A stretch of 59,738 nt of DNA from Pseudomonadota bacterium (GTDB lineage: Bacteria; Pseudomonadota; Gammaproteobacteria; Burkholderiales; Burkholderiaceae_C): NCBI GenBank assembly GCA_039795515.1, contig JBDKLR010000035.1, positions 1 through 59,738 on the forward strand. Reading direction: 5' to 3'. The notes below the pieces were generated by a model. The model was not told where the DNA came from. It did no database searches and saw only the letters and a program-made list of their open reading frames with translations. Shown here one piece after another: positions 53,637 through 59,738 of the stretch. Positions within the stretch are counted from its first letter, which is position 1, and every line of letters begins with the position of its first letter. The position numbers were made by a program, and so were the translations under genes.

Positions 53637-55100
53637 TCAGCTTTCCTCGAACCAAGACAATTCGTCGCGCGCCATCAGCGCACTCGAGGCCGCAGGTCCC
53701 CAACTGCCCGCCAAATAGGGTTTGGGTTTGTCGTCCAGCTCGGCCCAGCCCGCCAGGATGGGATCGACCCAAGACCAGGCGGCTTCCAACTCGTCGCGCC
53801 GCATGAAATGCGTCAAGCGCCCTTTGATCACGTCCATCAGCAAGCGCTCGTATGCCTCGGCCCGGCGTTTCTCCGACGACTGTTGCAAGTCCAGCCCCAG
53901 GCGCACCGGGTGCATGCGCATGCCGGTGCCGGGCTCTTTCACCATCATGGCGAGTTCGATGGATTCTTCGGGTTGCAGCGTGATGATCAGGCGGTTCGGT
54001 TCACCCAGTGCGCTTTTGCCAAACACCGAGAACGGCTGTTCTGCAAACTCGATGATGATCTCCGACTGGCGGGTGTGCAGTCGTTTGCCGGTGCGCAAAA
54101 AGAACGGCACTTGCGCCCAGCGCGCGTTGTTGATTTGGGTGCGCAAGGCGACAAAGGTTTCGGTGCGGCTGTCGGGCGGCACATTGTCTTCTTCCAAATA
54201 GCCTGTCACCGCCTGGCCTTCGGATGAACCAGCGGTGTATTGGCCGCGCACCGTGTCGCGTTTGATGTCGGCCAAACTCATGCGGCGCAGCGAGCGCAGC
54301 ACCTTGAGTTTTTCATCGCGCACATCGTCGGCGTCCAGCGAGATCGGTTGCTCCATGGCGACGATGCACAGCAGTTGCAGCAAATGGTTTTGCACCATGT
54401 CACGCATGGCGCCCGCGCCGTCGTAAAAACCGGCGCGGCTGCCCACCCCCACGGTTTCGGCCACGGTGATTTGCACACTCTTGATGTAAGGGGCGCGCCA
54501 CAGCGGTTCAAAGATGGCGTTGCCAAAGCGCAGCACCATGAGGTTTTGCACCGTCTCTTTGCCCAGGTAATGGTCGATGCGGTAAATCTGCTGTTCGCCA
54601 AAGTACTTGGCCACGTCTTGGTTGATGGCGCGCGCAGAGGCCAGGTCGGTGCCCAGTGGTTTTTCCAACACCACCCGCGACAGCGCATCGACCAAACCCA
54701 CGCCGTGCAAATGCGCGCATATCTGGCTGAACAAACTCGGCGCGGTCGCCAGGTAAAACACCCGCAGGCGCGGTGTCGGACACGCCGCCTGGAGTGCGGC
54801 ATAAGCCGGGGCCGAGGTGACGTCCACACCCACATAGCTCAGGCGCTTCAAAAACGCTTGCCAGGTGTCGGTGTCAAAGCTGGTGGGGTCGATGAATTCA
54901 GGGGAACGCTGGTCGATGAACTGCAAATAGTCCTCTGTCGACCAGGCTTGCCGCCCCACCGCCAGGATGCGGGTCTGCGCATCCAGCCTGTCGTGCGCGT
55001 GCGCCATGTAGAGCGCGGGCAGCAATTTGCGAAACGACAAATCGCCAGCGCCGCCAAAAATCACGATGTCCAATGCGGCGTCGGTGGAAGAGGTGCTCAT
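53637..55100 (-). CDS. zwf: Glucose-6-phosphate dehydrogenase
   Basis: FGGAGDL, EKPLG, RIDHYLGKE, RDMVQNH, RTGKR. Confidence 0.97.
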   Translation of the reverse strand: MSTSSTDAALDIVIFGGAGDLSFRKLLPALYMAHAHDRLDAQTRILAVGRQAWSTEDYLQFIDQRSPEFIDPTSFDTDTWQAFLKRLSYVGVDVTSAPAYAALQAACPTPRLRVFYLATAPSLFSQICAHLHGVGLVDALSRVVLEKPLGTDLASARAINQDVAKYFGEQQIYRIDHYLGKETVQNLMVLRFGNAIFEPLWRAPYIKSVQITVAETVGVGSRAGFYDGAGAMRDMVQNHLLQLLCIVAMEQPISLDADDVRDEKLKVLRSLRRMSLADIKRDTVRGQYTAGSSEGQAVTGYLEEDNVPPDSRTETFVALRTQINNARWAQVPFFLRTGKRLHTRQSEIIIEFAEQPFSVFGKSALGEPNRLIITLQPEESIELAMMVKEPGTGMRMHPVRLGLDLQQSSEKRRAEAYERLLMDVIKGRLTHFMRRDELEAAWSWVDPILAGWAELDDKPKPYLAGSWGPAASSALMARDELSWFEES

Positions 55101-56299
55101 GCGGCGAGTGTTCCTGCGTCTTGTTTCAAGAAAATGTCTTTGTCTGGGAAAAACTGGGTGTGCAGCGGCAACAAGGCACCGCCCAAGGCCCGCGCCATGC
55201 TGCCCACGCGACCCGCCATCAATTCGGGCAGGTGCAAGCCCTCCGAGCGCACTTGCTGCAAGGCCTCTTGGGTGCGGGCCAGCAGCGCTTGCAACAAAGC
55301 AGGAGCGATCGAGCCGTCCATCAGCACCGCGTTCAAGTCCAGCAAGGCCGCTGCGCTGGTGATGGCCAGAGCCAAGCTGTGGGCCGCTTGGTCCAACCAA
55401 GGCTGGGTGTGGCGGTCGTGTTCGCTGCGCATGATCTCGTCTTGACCCACCAACAGCGGGTCCAGTCCAGCGGCCATGAGCGACTGCTCAAGTTGCCAAC
55501 CCGAGGCCAGCTCCAGCAATTGGCGTGCGTTTTGTGGCTCGCCATGGCTCAAAGGCATGGAGCCAATTGCGCCGGCATTGCCGCGCGGCCCACTCACGAT
55601 GTGGCCGTCCAGCACCAAACCACCGCCAATGAAGGTGCCCACAAACACGTACAGAAAATGCGGCACATCGCGCCCACGCCCTTGCACCAATTCGGCGACG
55701 CAGGCCGCGGTCGTGTCTTTGGCGAACTCCACCGGCAGCGGTGTCATGTCTTGCACCAGTTGCAGCAGGTCGAGTTGCGCCCAAGCGGCCATCACCTCGC
55801 TGGCTTGTGGCCCCATCAGGTCGCCCCAAGCGTGCATGGCCAGCGGGGCCGACAGGCCGATGCCGACGCAGCGCTGCCAGGCGTCGCCCAGCGCCACCTC
55901 CATGGCGGTCAAGCCTTCTTGGATTTTGGGAATCACCTCGGCCGGCGAGGGATAGGGGTAGGCGTGTTGCCAGCTGTGGCGCACCTGGCCCAAGAAATCC
56001 ACCACCACCACTTCGAGGTTGCGCCGTCCCACTTGCAAACCCACGCTGTAAGCCCCATCCGGGTTGAGGCTCAAGGGGATGGAGGGCTGGCCGATCTTGC
56101 CGCGGATGCGTTCTTGCTTGAGCAACAAACCGTCGTCGAGCAAACGGTTGACGATGATCGACACGGTTTGGGTGGACAGCTGGGTCAAGCGCGCCAGATC
56201 GGCCTTGGGGATCGCGCCGGCATGGCGAATGGCCCGCAACACGGTGCGCTCATTGAACTGGCGCATGCCGTTGTGGTTGGAGCCGCGCATGGTGTTCAC
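55097..56299 (-). CDS. ROK family transcriptional repressor (FrcR-like)
   Basis: N-terminal wHTH (NERTVL...ADLARLTQLS...GKIGQP), GTFIGGGLV, GNAGAIG. Confidence 0.9.
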   Translation of the reverse strand: MNTMRGSNHNGMRQFNERTVLRAIRHAGAIPKADLARLTQLSTQTVSIIVNRLLDDGLLLKQERIRGKIGQPSIPLSLNPDGAYSVGLQVGRRNLEVVVVDFLGQVRHSWQHAYPYPSPAEVIPKIQEGLTAMEVALGDAWQRCVGIGLSAPLAMHAWGDLMGPQASEVMAAWAQLDLLQLVQDMTPLPVEFAKDTTAACVAELVQGRGRDVPHFLYVFVGTFIGGGLVLDGHIVSGPRGNAGAIGSMPLSHGEPQNARQLLELASGWQLEQSLMAAGLDPLLVGQDEIMRSEHDRHTQPWLDQAAHSLALAITSAAALLDLNAVLMDGSIAPALLQALLARTQEALQQVRSEGLHLPELMAGRVGSMARALGGALLPLHTQFFPDKDIFLKQDAGTLAA

Positions 56300-56736
56300 A
56301 GCAGGATCACCCCTTTGCAAAACAAGGCGTTGCAAAAGGCGGTGCCTTCACCGGTTTGCACCAGCAGGCTGGCACCCCGGATGCGCTCGTAAAACGCAAA
56401 GCGCTCGACTGGCTCCACTTGCGTGGCTTGAAAGCCCTCGGCCACCACCAGGTCCACCACCGCTTGTTGCGCGGGTGTGCGGTGGCCCGGTGCACTGCCA
56501 CTCACTTGCATGTAGGCGGCGGGTTGCGGCACATCCAGTGCCAGTGGGAACACCGACAAGACGGCTTGCGACACCCGCGCCAGTGACAGGCCGGGCAGGC
56601 GCACCACCGGTTTGCCTTGGCTCAAAAAATCGGCGGTGAAATTGGCGTCGACCACGGCCACCCATTCGCCATGGCCCATGGCCGAGAGGTGCATCAACAA
56701 CGCAGGGGTCAGGATCGGGTCGATGCCTTTCAACAT
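56296..56736 (-). CDS. RbsD/FucU family sugar mutarotase
   Basis: MLKGIDP, MGHGE, DANF, ERFAFY, TGE, KGV. Confidence 0.92.
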   Translation of the reverse strand: MLKGIDPILTPALLMHLSAMGHGEWVAVVDANFTADFLSQGKPVVRLPGLSLARVSQAVLSVFPLALDVPQPAAYMQVSGSAPGHRTPAQQAVVDLVVAEGFQATQVEPVERFAFYERIRGASLLVQTGEGTAFCNALFCKGVILL

Positions 56737-57518
56737 GCCACGGCCTCTGGTGTCGACAGGTTCTCGGGCGCGATCGCGCCGGTGATCAGGCCCACAATTT
56801 CTTGCGGATTGGTGTTGGCGGTGCGGCGACTGCAGATGATGCGGCCTTGGCGGAACACCCAAATGCGATCGACCAAATCGAACACTTGGCGCAGGTTGTG
56901 GCTGATGATGATCAGCGGCACGCCACGGGCCTTCAAGCCTTTGATGATCTCTTCCACGCGGGCGGTTTCTTGCACACCCAAGGCGGCGGTGGGCTCGTCC
57001 AAGATGATGAGTTTTTTGGCGAACCCCGCCGCGCGTGCGATGGCCACGCACTGGCGTTGGCCGCCCGACATGCCGCGCAGCGAGGCCGACATGTCTTGGA
57101 TCTTCACGCCGGTGGTGGAGAGCATGTCCACCGATTGGGCGCGCATGGCTCGGTGGTTCAGGATGGACAGCGGGCCCAGATTGAGGCGGGTGATTTCGCG
57201 GCCCAAAAAGATGTTGGCGGGCACGTCCAGGTCCTCGGCCAGCGCCAAGGTTTGGTAGACGGTTTCGATGCCTTGCTCGCGCGCGTCCAGCGGGGAATGA
57301 AAACGCACGGCTTGGCCGTCCAGGTGAATCTCGCCCGCGCTCGGCTGTTCCACCCCGGTGATCAGGCGCACAAAGGTGCTCTTGCCCGCGCCGTTGTCGC
57401 CCACGATGGCGGCGTGTTCGCCCGGATGCAGCTCGAAACCAGCGTCGGTCAGGGCTTTCACCCCGCCGTAATGCTTGGTCAGGCCAGAAATCCGCAAAAC
57501 AGGGGTGGTTGCAGTCAT
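56730..57518 (-). CDS. Sugar ABC transporter ATPase (single domain)
   Basis: GDNGAGKST, IETVYQ, MSGGQRQ, LDEPTAALG, ISHN. Confidence 0.93.
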   Translation of the reverse strand: MTATTPVLRISGLTKHYGGVKALTDAGFELHPGEHAAIVGDNGAGKSTFVRLITGVEQPSAGEIHLDGQAVRFHSPLDAREQGIETVYQTLALAEDLDVPANIFLGREITRLNLGPLSILNHRAMRAQSVDMLSTTGVKIQDMSASLRGMSGGQRQCVAIARAAGFAKKLIILDEPTAALGVQETARVEEIIKGLKARGVPLIIISHNLRQVFDLVDRIWVFRQGRIICSRRTANTNPQEIVGLITGAIAPENLSTPEAVAC

Positions 57519-57583
57519 ACAGCGCTCATTGAAAGAAGAAGGGAGCATGAAGCATGCAGCACAGGGGTCGGATTTTATATAGG

Positions 57584-57600
57584 TAAATCTACTAGGTTTA
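57584..57600. promoter_or_regulatory. Candidate ROK operator in the divergent promoter
   Basis: TAAATCTA-C-TAGGTTTA near-palindrome in an AT-rich tract. Confidence 0.5.
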
Positions 57601-57690
57601 TTTAGTCCGGATTCTGATGTAATTCCACCCACAAGAACCTTTGCCGGGTGGGCCTGCAAAGCGCTTGTCCAACAACCAATGGGAGACACC

Positions 57691-58689
57691 ATGATCACGA
57701 AACGCAAATTGGGCCAATGGGCATTGGCCGCCACCGTGGCCGCCGCACTGGTCGCCTGTGGCAAAAAAGAACAAGCCGCTGCCCCTGCGGCCGCGCCAGC
57801 CGCTGCTGAAGTCACCATCGCCTACATCACCAACGGCAACACCAACGAGGGCTGGACGCTGATCAATGGCGGCGCCAAAACCGCTGGCCAGGCGCCCGGT
57901 GTGAAATTCATCGAACTCGCGGCTGAAAAAGGCGAGCTGTCCAAACAACTGGCCATCGTGGAAGACATGATCACCCGCAAGGTCAGCGCCATCGCCATCG
58001 CACCGGTGGACAGCAAGGGCATCGCGCCTGCGGTCAGCAAAGCCATGGCCGCTGGCATCCCGGTTGTCGCGGTCGACACCGGTATCAGCGGTGCAGACAT
58101 CAGCTCTTATGTGGCCACCGACAACATCAAGGCCGCCATGGTGCAGGGCGACTGGGCCGCCGACCAATTGAAAGACGGCGACACCGTGATCTACATCACC
58201 GGCGACCTGGGCCAGTCCACTGGTCAAGAGCGCAAAAAAGGCTTCTTGGACGGCTTGAACGCCAAGCGCAAGAACATGAAAGTCGTGGAAGTGCCCACCA
58301 CCTGGGACCAAACCATGGCGCAAAACGGCGTGGAAGCGGCATTGCGCGCCAACCCTGGTGCCAAAGTGATCGCTTGTGCCTGGGACGGCGGTGCCTTGGG
58401 TGCCAAAGCCGCCTTGATGGCCGCGGGCAAAAAAGCCGGCGAGGTGAAGATCGCAGGTTTTGACGGTTCACCCGGTGGCTTGGACATGATGAAGCAAGGC
58501 TGGCAACAAGCCAATGCCGCGCAAATGCTGGCCAAGATCGGTCAAGTGGGCGTGGAAACCGCCATCGCGGCCGCCAAGGGGCAGAAAGTGGAAGCGCGCA
58601 TCGACACCGGTTCATTCTTGGTCTTGCCTGAGAACGTCGACCAGTTCGCCAAAGACTCTGGCGTGGCGCAATTCATGAAAGTGAAGTGA
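57691..58689 (+). CDS. Sugar ABC substrate-binding protein (RbsB-like), predicted lipoprotein
   Basis: LVAC lipobox, Ala/Pro linker, AIAPVDS, GIPVVAVD, VATDN, AGFDG. Confidence 0.9.
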   Translation: MITKRKLGQWALAATVAAALVACGKKEQAAAPAAAPAAAEVTIAYITNGNTNEGWTLINGGAKTAGQAPGVKFIELAAEKGELSKQLAIVEDMITRKVSAIAIAPVDSKGIAPAVSKAMAAGIPVVAVDTGISGADISSYVATDNIKAAMVQGDWAADQLKDGDTVIYITGDLGQSTGQERKKGFLDGLNAKRKNMKVVEVPTTWDQTMAQNGVEAALRANPGAKVIACAWDGGALGAKAALMAAGKKAGEVKIAGFDGSPGGLDMMKQGWQQANAAQMLAKIGQVGVETAIAAAKGQKVEARIDTGSFLVLPENVDQFAKDSGVAQFMKVK

Positions 58690-58693
58690 ACCC

Positions 58694-59638
58694 ATGAAAT
58701 CGATCACCCAACAAGACTGGTATGGGGCGATCGTGGCGGTGCTGTTGCTGAGCCTGTTGCTCAGCATCGCATCGCCTTACTTTCTGACCACCGGTAATTT
58801 GTCCAACATCTTGGTGCAGGCCTCGGTCATTGCACTCTTGGCCGGTGGCCAAACCTTTGTCATCCTCACGGGTGGGGTCGACTTGGCGGTGGGGGCGCTC
58901 ACCGCCTTGTGTGGCGCGGTGGCCGGTCACATGATGATCAAACTCGGCATGCCGGTGGCACCTGCGCTGTTGGCAGCGGTCGCGATTGGCGCGGCCGTGG
59001 GTTTGTTCAATGGCTATTTGGTGGCTTTTGTCGGCATCCCTTCTTTCATCGTCACCTTGGGTGGCCTCACTTTGTGGCGCGGCATGGCCTTTGAGGCCAC
59101 GGGCGGCTTTGACAACGCCGGCATGCCTGCGCCCCTGCCCTTCATTGGCTATGGCGAGTTGCTGGGCGTGCCCATGCCCATCGTCATCTCGGGCCTGTAC
59201 TTTGTCGTGATGGCGTTTGTGTTGTCCAGCACCAAGCTGGGCCGCTATGTGTACGCCATGGGCTCGAATGAAATGGGTGCGCGCCAGGTCGGCATCCACA
59301 TCAAGGGCTACAAACTGGCGGTTTATGTGGTGTCGGGTCTGAGCTGCGCCTTGGGGGCCATCGTGTTGATGGCGCGCATGGATTCCAGCAGCGGCAAGAT
59401 GGCGCAGATGTTCGAGCTGGACGCCATCGCCGCCGTGATTTTGGGCGGCACCTCTTTGTTTGGCGGTCGCGGCTCGATTTGGGGCAGTTTGCTTGGCGCG
59501 ATCCTCATCACCATGGTGCGCAATGGCATGAACCTGCTGGAAATTTCGCAGTTCAAACAAATGATGGCGATTGGCGCGGTGGTCATCGTGGCGGTGTGGA
59601 TTGACGTGGTGCGTCGTCAGCGCATGTTGAAAAAATGA
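58694..59638 (+). CDS. Sugar ABC permease (RbsC-like)
   Basis: TFVILTGGVDL, IPSFIVTLG, ELDAIAAVILGGTSLFGG. Confidence 0.94.
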   Translation: MKSITQQDWYGAIVAVLLLSLLLSIASPYFLTTGNLSNILVQASVIALLAGGQTFVILTGGVDLAVGALTALCGAVAGHMMIKLGMPVAPALLAAVAIGAAVGLFNGYLVAFVGIPSFIVTLGGLTLWRGMAFEATGGFDNAGMPAPLPFIGYGELLGVPMPIVISGLYFVVMAFVLSSTKLGRYVYAMGSNEMGARQVGIHIKGYKLAVYVVSGLSCALGAIVLMARMDSSSGKMAQMFELDAIAAVILGGTSLFGGRGSIWGSLLGAILITMVRNGMNLLEISQFKQMMAIGAVVIVAVWIDVVRRQRMLKK

Positions 59639-59738
59639 CCGCCTCGGTGTGGGTGCTGGGCGAGGCCCTGATGGATTGCGTGGCCCAGCCCGACGGCCGC
59701 TTGCAGCCGCTGCTGGGTGGCAGCCCGTTCAACCTTGC
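59635..59738 (+). CDS. PfkB family carbohydrate kinase, 5' fragment (runs off the window)
   Basis: MTASVWVLGEALMD...LGGSPFNL. ATGA overlap with the permease. Confidence 0.82.
   Translation, partial: MTASVWVLGEALMDCVAQPDGRLQPLLGGSPFNL

Overview
Origin-proximal chromosomal segment of a betaproteobacterium. Comamonadaceae-type gene order and protein insertions; Limnohabitans-like is a guess only. It holds the rpmH-rnpA-yidD-yidC-mnmE and dnaA-dnaN-gyrB clusters, with DnaA boxes on both sides of dnaA (probable oriC between dnaA and dnaN), and mnmG-rsmG-lysE-parAB with three parS sites. It also holds lptD-surA-rsmA, kdsD-kdsC-lptC, metX-metW under a SAM-II-type riboswitch, the N-terminal half of a split MetH, pckG, an Amt transporter, a Liv-type ABC system, and a sugar-ABC/ROK/Entner-Doudoroff cluster. 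I saw no rRNA, tRNA, transposase, integrase or CRISPR-cas. Most unusual items: (1) a dispersed structured intergenic element in two inverted copies, sharing an identical 34-nt core and short end blocks but carried on stems of unrelated sequence; (2) an orphan, divergent minimal flagellin with phased GTAAAG repeats upstream, facing a small phage-like protein; (3) a perfect anti-Shine-Dalgarno hairpin with a U-rich loop before an RRM protein; (4) a SAM-II aptamer coupled to a terminator-like hairpin abutting the metX start codon; (5) a 44-aa membrane peptide missed by the ORF track. All calls come from motif recognition by eye; no database search was run. Many starts were moved downstream of the ORF-track starts.
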